The position numbers and the translations under genes were made by a program. A DNA stretch of 64,000 bases from Aplysia californica (Eukaryota). The notes below the pieces were generated by a model, which worked only from the letters and a program-made list of their open reading frames with translations, ran no database searches and had not been told where the DNA came from. Positions 11,452 to 23,400 of this stretch are shown here, piece by piece (within the stretch, counting starts at the first letter, position 1; every line of letters begins with the position of its first letter). The stretch is from the NCBI RefSeq assembly GCF_000002075.1, contig NW_004798006.1, positions 254,994 through 318,993 of the forward strand. The letters are read 5' to 3'.

Positions 11452-13395
11452 TTTCGACAAAAAATCAAAAGAAGTAGCCTACAAACTGCTCAGGCTCAGC
11501 GAAAAAATGCAGAAAGTTCCAAACAGCAGAAAAAGCGAGGCCCTACCAAGTCCAAACGTAGAGTTCGGTACTAGATTCTAGTCTAATTTCTTGTGTAACA
11601 GCCTGACTACCAAACAAGTTGAGAATGAAGGAGGGCGACCGACGGGTGACTAGCCTAGGCTTGAGGAAAGAGTGAAAGAGAGACCGAGGGCCTGTTAACA
11701 TCAGATGTTTCCACTTTCCACTCTGGCACTGTTTACTAGTATACTGGGTGTGTTTACTACTTGCTTTCACTTTCTTTCCTTTCACGAAAAAGAGCAGTGA
11801 TGTACGAGTAATTTTTCGTATTCGATCAAAGATATGCAGGAAAAGGAAGCAACATCAAAAAGAGAATGCACGGCCATGTCACTTTGGTAGGCAAAAAAAA
11901 AAAATCGCCATAAGTCTCAACCATGAACTAAAGCCCTCAACTCGTTAAGACTGCAGATTGTGCGAGAGTGTCAGAAAAGAAAATATATGCGACAAATTCT
12001 ATTTTCCTATTCCTATTCTGTTTTCATACGTTCTATACTTCGAGAAAATAACTGACATAAAGATTAATAAATGGTTTAGGGGGGGGGGGCTACACCTGAA
12101 GGCTATCTCGCTTATCAGGGGATCAAATTTTACCAAATTTTGCATATTTAACAAGCATAGTAAGGAGTCAATCTGCAATCAAATTTGAGATAAAAAAAAG
12201 TTTCGTTTCCATGGATACGGCGCAGGCCATATTGGATTTTGTTGACATGTCTTACGTAATGAATTCCGCACTTATTTTTTTATGGAAATTGGTTGGGTTG
12301 TTGTTGTTTTTTGCATGCATGTTAGCAAACATTAGATCTAAAAATCTGTCTGTTGTTTATTCCTGAACGAATTAGAAAAGTCTTAATGAATTTTTTTCCT
12401 GAGGTCTATAGATGTAGTATTCAAGTTAGCGAAATATCCGCAAAAATCACACTCCGGACACCACCAACAAAAGTCTATTCCATATATAAAAAATACAACG
12501 GACAAGTTTTTAGTATTACATCTCTTCATTCTGTGAAAATTTCATGAAGATTGGATGAAAATGGTGGAGCTATTCAAAAAAGGGTATGAGAAAACGGCCG
12601 ATAAAGAAAAATAAAATATTTACTTTATGGTGAAATGGTGGTAACAAACATGCCTGGTATGGAGAAAAATAAGGCTTTTAGGGGTTCTTATGCGATGGAA
12701 TAGTTGTAGGAGATGCTGAAGAAGCTAAAAATACCTACAACTCAAATCTCAAATTCCATAATTTTGAGCCCCCCTGGCCCCTTTAAGGTATAGTTCGGCT
12801 GTAGCCGTTATACCTCTTTGCCTGTAGCCCAAGTCAGAGTGGGGTACAACGTCTTGATGATTGGTACTCTCAAAACTGGTTAAGACGGTTCAAACCTAAC
12901 TAATGAGTCAAGGGAATAATATATACAGGTGTTCATCTTACACACTGTCAATATTATATCATGTAAAAAAAAAAAATACGAAAGGAAGGAAATTGTTAAG
13001 ATGGTGTAAAAATTGTAGGCCGCGTCACAGCAAGTGGTGGTCATAGGCTTAAAAGGCGACTGTTGGGGCAGGTTTGACAGTACATGCAAAATCTCATTCT
13101 TTAAAGGTGGATCTTTTCATTTTATGCAATCAGTAACATTAAATTATGTCACCTAACAGGGGTGATAAGATAAACCAACTGTAGATTAACATAATTATCA
13201 TCATCTTCAGTTGTTTTACTCGGCTGGCGGTAGTTGCGTATATATTTCAATCAGAAAGAAAATTAATACTCAGGCCATAATAATTTTAAGTACCANNNNN
13301 NNNNNNNNNNNNNNNNNNNNNNNNNNNNNNNNNNNNNNNNNNNNNNNNNNNNNNNNNNNNNNNNNNNNNNNNNNNNNNNNNNNNNNNNNNNNNNN

Positions 13396-13432
<37 letters not shown>

Positions 13433-14323
13433 GGCTATTCTTTAAAAGTTCCTACAGAGCAGTGCTTTATTTTTTTAATCGAAGGTGAGTGTCATTCTCT
13501 CACCCATAACGAGCAAGTATACTATTATAACCTCTTTGTGTCGAAAAAAATCTTCGTAAAGCATTTCAGTAGACCCTATGTTATGTGCAAGTGGTGTTGC
13601 CAATTCCTTATTATTCTGTCCTGCCTACCAAACAAACAGTTCAGGAAGACGCTGTTTTGCTCTTCCTCTGGCTTCGCATTACATCAATGAATTGTGCATA
13701 TTATATCGATTTAGATTGAGCTCATAGACTTATATTATCTTGTATGACAGCCTAGATGGTGGACTGTAATGTACTTCGGGCTCGCTGTGGGGCGCACCCT
13801 TTAATCCATATGACAAGAGGGTGTTTGACAGACTGAACAAACGATACCGAAAAATTCGCTCTTCCTTTGGACGTAATGTTGACGCCTGTGGTGAGTGCAC
13901 TTTGCACCGAAGTTAGTTTGTTTGTTTTTGTTTGTTTTTTGTTGTATTTTGTTTTTAGGGCCGGGTGCAGTGACCATGACAGTACTCTATTTAGGATTAT
14001 AAGTCTATGCTGGAACTTGATCGTTGGCTTTGGATACCAATTTGTCATTTGATAGTCGAATGCACTTGTACTTGAAAACAGATGTAGATAAATATTGTTT
14101 CAATGTATAGATTAGCAGTGAAGAGCTAAAACAAGCAGACATAATGATTATTAAAGTTATCCAGGAAAGGTAATATTTTCTTTAAAACCTATGACAATTT
14201 ACTTTTAAATTTGATTAACAAAGCATACATTGTTAGAAAAACTTGGCATGTCAACATGTATTTTTCCCTTCCGGTGTCAAAGGTGCCTCCTGAAAAGAAG
14301 TGATGTCCCTGGATGCCCTCAAG
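11452..14323. promoter_or_regulatory. Divergent APIP/PDHX intergenic promoter region
   Basis: Start codons point away from each other 2.9 kb apart. An ETS-type CTTCCGG lies at about 14268 and a YY1-like CAAGATGGC overlaps the PDHX ATG. TSSs cannot be determined. Confidence 0.55.
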
Positions 14324-14465
14324 ATGGCAACTGCTATACACCGTTTCGGTGGCCGCCTCGGTCTTATGTGCAAATTAAAAAATATTTATAATCATTCACC
14401 TTCAAAAGACATTTTGGGCAGAGTAATTCAGACAAACCACATCCATTCAAATGCGCCTTTACTGG
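14324..14465 (+). CDS. PDHX: PDHX exon 1 (transit peptide)
   Basis: aagATGG Kozak; [13 protein letters not shown]...APLLG; GTAATG donor, phase 1 fits exon 2. Confidence 0.8.
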
Positions 14466-17400
14466 GTAATGCAAGACTTCACCTTTGCTGCAATGTCATT
14501 TACTTCGCCGTCTTCGCTAATTGATAATTGATTGCCTACTCCACGGTTTAAACCGGCAGGCTATTAAGTCTATGAACTTAAATTTTGATTATAATATAAT
14601 ATTTCTATATTCCTTCTTCACAGTGAAGGTGTTCACCCTTCACAGATGAATTAATGCCTGCGTAAGATTGAACCTTGGTGGATCCTACTCCGATGGACGC
14701 CAGAACTGCCTACTAATTTGAGCCTCCCCGTGCAATGAAATGCCATTGATGCCATACATTTCTGTTCATGGTCCGCTTTTCTTTTCTCTGTTCTTAAATT
14801 TTTTATTGTTTTGCATTCACGTGTTTTTAAAAATTATTATTGTTGCCGGGAGCCTGAACCCCCCCCCCCCCCCCCTCCCCAATGTTGTTATCAGTGCGCA
14901 TATATGATAAAAATATCATGTGGTATGTAAACACGGTGGGTCCACCAAAGTTAAATCCGGCCAATGCCGGTTTAGGCCTATATGTCTGTGATAGATAAGA
15001 TGATCATATAGCTTGATGATTTAATATTGCAGATTCATTCTTGGCGGAACTTGGGATTCATTTTATTAGTCTAGTACTGTGATTGTGAACTTAGGCTGCT
15101 GACGTTTTTTTTTAGGATTTTAATTTCACATTTATAAAATCTTTTCTTTTTTCCTTTTTAACACGATTCATACTAAAGTTAAGAATACCGGGAGTTATTT
15201 TTGTCTTTTTAAATGAGATTATAAAAGAAAATCTACTGTTTATTATCCAGATGATAAGCTGCTTTCTGAATTGATGAAATTAACTTTAAAAACTAAAACT
15301 TATTTGCATGCCTATCTTTACCTTTGTGTAGGTACTATCAAGATCGACATGCCCTCACTTTCGCCCACAATGGAAAAAGGCAACATTGTGAAATGGCACA
15401 AAAAAGAAGGTAAGTGATAGGTCAGACATTTACCAATGAGTCATGTTATGATTAGCTCGGACATCGTAAAGTGTCTGCTCGTGGGTGATGGGTCCCAAAG
15501 CTGCAGTTACAATGACCAAAGTCATTTTTAGTATTATAAACTGTTTTTTACAATTTCTGTATCGAGAAATAATTTTTAAAGTACCATTTACAATAAAAGG
15601 TAAAATTATTCTGTACTGCCTTGACACCACTTTGACGGTATTTTATTTCGTGAGAGTGAGAGATAAGGTCTGCCTTATTTAAAATAATAAACTCAAGTGG
15701 TCAGTTTGTGTTTTGGTTTGTTGATCTCTCTTCACCTTTATCTTGTTATAACTTATGCTGTTTATTTTCTCAGGGGACACTATTTCTCCGGGCGATGTTC
15801 TCTGTGATATCGAAACTGACAAGGCGATCATGTCCATGGATACAGAGGAAGAAGGCGTTTTAGCCAAAATTTTGGTAAGATCCCTCTGGCTTTTCCCCCC
15901 CCTCATCGATTACCTGGGCTCAACTACCTTTACCCTTTTGAGAACTGAATGTAAGCGTTATCATCCGGTGGACCATATAGATTCTAGAAGTCAACCATGA
16001 TAACTTTGTGGCTGCAGGAATTCCATCGGTCCGGGGGGGGGGGGCAGGGGGGGGGGGGCAAGGGGGGGGGGAGAGGTGTAAGGGAAGGGGAGGGAGAGAG
16101 AAGACCAGACTCAAATGGGCTAAGAATACTATGCTGAAAAGCCAGCCTTAAGAGAAGTTTCGTCCTAAAGAACCATTCTCTTGTTTTATAATAGCAGTTC
16201 TAGAAACCATTGAAAATTATTATATTGAACAGCATATATTTCAGACATATATTTCCTCCTTCTTTTCTGTGTAACGCTGTAATCTTCAGCACTTATGTGA
16301 CTTAACTGTGTTGCAAGTGCCATGAAACTTGTACGTGGGTGGTTGGCGGGTGCTCTGGTGTGGTTTGCTCCTTCTTTCCTCTTAAACATCTATCGTCCTT
16401 ATCTCTCCTTCTTTTTTACGTTTGTTGTTACTCTCTTGTAACACCTCTAATCTTCGGCACTTATATGACCTTATTGTGTTGCAAGTGCCGTAAAACTCTT
16501 TACTAAACTAAACTAAACTAAAACTTGTACTAAAACTAAACTCTTTTTTTATTTCTAGAACTATGCCTCTTTGTTGATGTTTAAGTTATTTAAAGGGGTA
16601 ATTCATGCACCCCCACCCCCCCACCCCGCTTCTCCCCCACCCACATACTCTCACGCGCACAAAAGAGTTTTGGATTGACCCTCAGATCCCAGAGAACAGT
16701 AAGGACGTGGTCGTGGGTCAGCTCATCGCGGTGATGGTGGAGGAAGGAGACGACTGGCAGAGTGTGGAGGTTCCCGCTCAGGCTGCTGCTCCTTCTCCTG
16801 CTGCAGCTGCTACTCCTGCTGCTCCTGCTGCTGCTGCTGCTGCTGCTCCTGCTGCTGCTGCTGCTCCTGCTGCTGCCCCAGCAGGCTCAGGGCAAGACCA
16901 CGGGTAAGTGAATTTATAGTTTTAGATTTTTAGTGAGGTTTTACGGCACTCACAACTGCGTAAGGTCATATGAGCGCCAAGGGGTGGATGTCAACAGACA
17001 AGTCCAAACGGGGAATCAGGCTTACTCTGCTCACCTCTTTAGCTTCAACAGCACAAAGTCTGCTTCGACTATCAAGGCACCCTGGAAATTGCAGTTCATA
17101 AGAGAGTGACCAACATACAAAAGAGGTATAGGAAAAATGAGCATAGTAAGGATGAGGAAAGAAAAAGCAGCAGTTGCCCTTATGTTGTTTCGGCACAGTA
17201 TGAGCATGACATTAATAAATCAACCCATTTACAATTCTAATGTGCCTAAAAACATGTTAACATTCCCCCAGGTTTGCCAAGTGGTTAGGCTCTCAGACTC
17301 ACAATCATAAGGTCGTGGGTTCAAATCCCGTCAGGGGCCCGACGTTGTGTCCTTGGGAAAGGCACTTAATAGGAATTTTCCTCACTTCACCCAGGTGGGA

Positions 17401-20400
17401 CTAGGTAACCAACTATAGATAGTGAAAGATCTTGTCAGTTAGTTAGTGTCTGAGCGCATAATAATCAGCTGCTTGCTGTGTATGCTTCCCGGGAAGCTAA
17501 GCTGAGAATGTTTCTGAGTGTTCTATGGTCTGCTGGGGTAATGATAATATAGTGTAAAGCGCATGGAGCTTGCTGCTGTGCGGGGATAAATGCGCTTTAC
17601 GAATGCTATTTATTATTATTTTTATAATATTATTAATAATCGCATTTATATATACATCACATATCCCACTTTACAACATACTCTGTGCACTTTGCAACCA
17701 TTCCTTATTGACTCAACGACCCCGCTGCTTTTCCCACTGTCAAATGAGAACTCGTCACAGGGATACACAGAGTGTTCGTGAACCATTGGTGTGTGGGAAA
17801 GGCACTGGGGTCGTTGAGTTGATACGGCAGGATAAATAAATGGTTGTGCACTTGCCAGTGGGTATGTGGCTAAGAATGACTGTCCAACTGTTTTCTCGTT
17901 TTTTTTGGTCTTTCAGAAGGACATGAAGGGACTCCTGCTTTACGTGTTTGTGTAACAAAAGCTTAAACTTTCATCTTTGAAAGTGTATCAGATCGCAATC
18001 CAATATCTGCTGTTCGGATGTCCCAAACTACAGCATCCACCAACAACAACAACTTCTTCCTCCCATCCCAGCCACAGACAATACCCTGTACTGCAGCAAA
18101 GAACATATATAAATGTGTCACAGAGTGGTAGAATCGGGCTTTCGTCAATTTTTGGGCATGTAAAGTTATTGGTATCATCTTAAAGTCTTGTTCATTTGTC
18201 TTACTTTAGAGGAAAAAATATCCATTTATCTTGAATACAAGTTGACACATTTGCAAAAGAAGGAGGTGGAGGTCGCCTGTTTTCAGAGGTAAAATTAGTG
18301 AGAAAATGGCCGCCAAAGATTAGTTATTTCCTTAGCTTGAGAGTCTGTGGGAACTGAAAATTAAAATTTTTAAATGCCTTTAATCAACGTTTATCAGTGA
18401 AAATCCAAACAGAAATGTGTTCTTTGATGGACATGAAAGGTGTTGATGAGCAAAAAAATAAAAATTCTATAAAAATCCGCCAATCTGCGGGAAAATGCCA
18501 GTTTCTTCACTTTGATTATTTTGATGAGCGCCCGATTTCACCACGCTGCCTCACATATGTCAAAGACCTCCACCTTTCTTGATATGTTATTGGGCTGAAT
18601 GGCACGTGCTCGAACGCTACTGCATGTAGATTAACAACAACCACAGAGCTACAACTCTTTCCTCCCATCCCTACCACAGACAAGTTTTAACATGGTACTT
18701 GGCCGAATGGAACATGCTGAAAGGATACTGGATCAACAAATGGTCGCTTTTAAGGACAAGTGGGCTGACCCAGTCTTCGGGGTTTTCAAGAAATCTTGAC
18801 CTACACCATAAGTGGGCATTGTCCTACCTATAGGAGAAGTTTCATTTCATTTGGGGTGTGTTTATTTGTTTAGTTGTAGAGAAAACTCTCCTTGTCTTTT
18901 AAAGAAACTGAACAAGGGGCAAAAACTTTTACCTTTTGATTTTCTCAAAACAGCATTTTTCAGGATAGCCCCCTTGTGCTTAAAAGCGACCTAATAACAA
19001 CAACAACAAAACATACAACAACAAAACATAACTGTAACTTTTCATTTTTCTCCAACTTCAGACACTTGATGGGCCCTAGCGTGAAAAAACTTCTCCAAGA
19101 GTACAACCTTCAGGCGTCGGCTATCCCAGGCACAGGACCGGCGGGAGCTTTGTTGAAAGGGTAAGGGCAAGCTGGCTGTGTGAGGTTAACCCTTCAAGTG
19201 TTGAGAACAAATAGGAAGCTGGCTGTATGAGGTTAACCCTCCAAGTGTTGAGAACAAATAGGAAGCTGGCTGTATGAGGTTAACCCTTCAAGTGTTGAGA
19301 ACAAATAGGAAGCTGGTTGTGTGAGGTTAACCCTCCAAATGTTGAGAACAAATAGGAAGCTGATAGTATGAGGTTAACCTCCCAAATGTTGAGAACAAAT
19401 AGGAAGCTGGCTGTATGAGGTTAACCCTTCAAATGTTGAGAACAAATAGGAAGCTGGCTGTATGAGGTTAACCCTCCAAATGTTGAGAACAAATAGGAAG
19501 CGTCGGTGGCCTAGTGGTTAGGCTCTCGGACTCGCAACGGTAAGGTCGTGGGTTCGAATCCCGTCAGGGACCCGACGTTGTGTCCTTGGGAAAGGCACTT
19601 TGCACAAATTTTCCTCACTTCACCCAGGTGGAAATGGGTACCTGGCTATAGACAGTGAAAGATCTTGTCAGTTTGATGGTGTTTGAGCGCGTGAATCCGC
19701 AGCTTGCACTGTATACTTCCTCGGAAGCTGAGAATGTTTCTGAGTGTTCTCAAAGGGTCTGCTGGGGTAATAATAGTTGTAAAGCGCATAGAGCATGCTC
19801 TTGAGCATGGATATGCGCCATATATAAATGCAATTATTATTAAGCTGGCTGTGTAAGATTAACCCTCCAAGTGCGGCTAAAAACAAATAGGAAGCTGGCT
19901 GTATGAGGTTAACCCCCCAAGTGTGGCTAATAAATAGGAAGCTGGCTGTGGTTTGCTCCTTCTTTACCATCAAACATCTGTCGTCCTTATCTCTTCTCCA
20001 AACATCTATCGTCCTTATATCTTCTCCTTCTTTTCTTTGTATGTTACTCTCTAGTATCCCCCCAAATCTTCAGCACTTTTATGACATAGGGGCCTATTCG
20101 TGTTGCAAGTGCCATAAAAGTCTTTAGTAAAATTTTAAAATTAAAACGCAATAGTGGGTGGTTGGCGAGTGCTCTGGTGTGGTTTGCTTCTTCTTTCCTA
20201 TCAAACGTCTATAGCTGTCCTCCTTTTTTTTTGTGTTTGTTACTCTCTTGTAACGCCTGAAATCGTAGGCACTTTTATGACCTTATACTTATAGTGTTTC
20301 AAGTGCCGTAGAACTCTTTTAAAAACTAAACTTCTTTTTTTTGTGTTTGTTTTTCTCTTGTGACACCTCTAATCTTCAACATCTATATGACCTTATTGTG

Positions 20401-23400
20401 TTGCAAGTGCTGTAAAACACTTACTAAAACAAAAAGTGAAATTTCAACGGACCTTGTTTTCTGGCGACAGTGACGTGCTGAGCTACATCAAGTCCCAGAA
20501 TCTGAGCAAGGTGGCCCAGCAGGTGGCAGCAGCAGCACCGGTAGCCCCGCCCCCAGCACCTGCAGCCACAGCGCCGGTGGCGTCAGCAGGCGGCAGTTTT
20601 GTGGACATCCCCCTGAGTAACATGAGGAGGACCATCGCCAAACGACTCACTGAGTCTAAGGTAAAAAATATCAGGGGTAGTAGGTGAATCATCCATTATT
20701 TATAACCTGCCCCTTAAGTATAGACCTAGTACTAGCAATGTCAACAAAGCTGGTACAACTGCTAGTACAAGATTTATTATAAGGATAGAATTAGGAGCTA
20801 ATTGCAGGTCTAGGTCTTTTGTCAGTGGAGATGTGGGTTGTGGCTGGCTAGCATTTCGTGTATTTCAGTTACTCCAAATTATTGAACAAGCTCTGTGCTG
20901 GAATACCAACGTATGTGGTATTTTTACAAAGGCGATTTACAAATAAACATTTCTGTTGTGTTGAGTATCAGTCTGTATTTCATGGGTAATGGTGACAGCA
21001 AGTTGGATAAAACTCGTCAAAGTAGCCAATTTCATTATTTTTCAGTTATTACCCCCCCTATATTGCGTAATTGCTCGTACATTACAACACAAAGAACCAT
21101 GCAACCCATCTATTGTGATAGCTTATTCAATTTCCTTTTCAATAGTATCAGGGTCAGTGGAAAAAAATTCTGCGCGCAAAGAGTTAAATCAAAACAGATG
21201 AACCTATTTTGATAGTTGTTCATCTGATGAATGAAATTCCAATATAAGGGTAGGCCTACATGAAAATGTGAATGCAGTAAATTATTTTTTTAATGTAAGC
21301 AGTAACAATAACTGAAATTTTAAGTCACCTTTACTTTCTCCACCAACTAAAGTGTATGCGTGCATGTGTGTTTTCTTCACCATTAAAGCTGTCGCAATAT
21401 AGTGAGGAAGCAGTTTTTCCCCCCATACTTTCCAGTTATTTTCACATAAAAACCTGTTTTCAAATTCGCTAGGCCAGCTGTTGTTCCCACTATTTGGTTT
21501 CTGTTTAAACCCATATTGGTTGTGTTGTGTTAAAACGGTCCTCTTTCAGTCTCACATCTACTACACAACTGCGTGTTTCAACATAGTTTTCCTCCACCTG
21601 TCGAAAGTTCTTGTTTATTTTCTCTGTGTGGGTGGTTGTAGGGTGTTCTGGGATGGTTTGCTCCTTCTTTACTATCAAACATCTATCTACCTTTAATTTA
21701 TCACTCCTGCTTCTTTTTTGTATGTGTTACTCGCTTGTAACACCTCTAGTCTTCGGCACTTATATGACCTTATTGTGTTGCAAGTACCGTAAAACTCTTA
21801 CTAAAACTCAAACATTTACTCTGTCCAACATAGTTTTTCTTAATTTGTCGAATGTTCATATCTCTGTTCTTAGTCCAACATAATTTTCCTTAACCCTATC
21901 CATACGCCCTGGGGTCATTTTGTACCACCGGGTTTGTATTCTTCATATTTTAGAATACTTCTAGTGCGAAGATCTCTTTTAAACTTTCAGTATTTCTCAA
22001 GAAATCATTTTGACAGACTGCTATGCAAAGCGTACGGATCTGATTAACGAGTAAACTTCCTCTTTGGAAAGTGGTGACACTGAGTTCTCTACGTCGTATG
22101 GATACGATAGTAAAACATGACGTACAAATAGGGTAAAATTGTGGAAAGTTCTCGTTTGTGTTCCCAGTCCAGTATAGTTTTCCTTAACCAGTGGAAGGTT
22201 CATATCTCTGTTTCTCAACCAGCGGAACATTCTCGTTTGTGTTCCCAGTCCAGTATAGTTTTCCTTAACCAGTGGAAGGTTCTCGTTTGTGTTCTTAGTC
22301 CCACATAGTTTTTCTTTACGTGTGTAATGTTCCCGTCTCTGTTCTCAGTCCAGCATAGTTTTCCTTAACCTGTGGAATGTTCATTATATCTCTGTTCTCA
22401 ATCCAGCATAGTTTTCCTTAACCTGTGGAATGTTCATTATATCTCTGTTCTCAATCCAGCATAGTTTTCCTTAACCTGTGGAATGTTCATTATATCTCTG
22501 TTCTCAATCCAGCATAGTTTTCCTTAACCTGTGGAATGTTCCCATCTCTGTTCCCAGTCCAACATAGTTTTTCTCAACCTGTGGAATGTTCATATCTCTG
22601 TTTCTCAACCAGTGAAATGTTCATTTCTCTGTTTCTCAACCTGTGGAATGTTCATATCTCTGTTTCTCAACCTGTGGAATGTTCATATCTCTGTTTCTCA
22701 ACCTGTCAAATGTTCATCTCTGTTTCTTAATCTTAACCAGTGGAATGTTCCCGTCTCTGTTCCCAGTCCAGCATCCCGCACGCCTACGCCTCCATTGACT
22801 CAGACGTGGGACCTGTGACAGCGCTGAGGCAGAAGCTCAAAGAGGACGGGGTCAAGGTCTCTGCCAACGACTTCATCGTCAAGGCCGCCGGGCTGGCTCT
22901 GCAGGTCGGTCGTCAGACAGGAGTGGTAGTGGGTGGTTGGAGGCGCTCTGGTGTGGCTAGCTTGTCTTGTCTCTTCTCCTTCTTTTTTGTGTTTGTTACT
23001 CTCTTGTAACGCCTCTAATCTTTGGCACTTATATGACCTAATTGTGTAGCAAGGGTCGTAAAACTCCCGGTAAAACACAAACGCTAACAACTGTCCGTCT
23101 GCGGGTGGTTGGTGGGTGCTCTGGTGTTGTTTGCTCCTTCTTTCCTATCAAACATCTATCATCCTTATCTTTCCTCCATTTTGGTGTTTATTACTCTCTT
23201 GTAACACTTCTAATTTTCTGCACTTATATGACCTAATTGTGTTGCTAGTGCAGTAAAACTCTCACTAAAACTATCTAATTTTCTGCACTTAAATGACCTA
23301 ATTGTGTTGCAAGTGCCGTAAAACTCTCAGTAAACCCAAAAAGCTAACAACTGTCCTTCTGTGTGTGTGTGTCTCACAGAGAGTGCCGCGAGTGAACGCC

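Noticed and set aside
16335-16520. Family A as an intronic snoRNA or an Introner
   Set aside because: No clear C/D or H/ACA boxes. Copies lie inside existing introns with long TSDs and no terminal AG, rather than forming new introns in exons.
19169-19500. CRISPR array (also 2995-3267, 24890-25248, 30460-31270)
   Set aside because: Head-to-tail units without unique spacers, no cas genes, and a spliced eukaryotic context.
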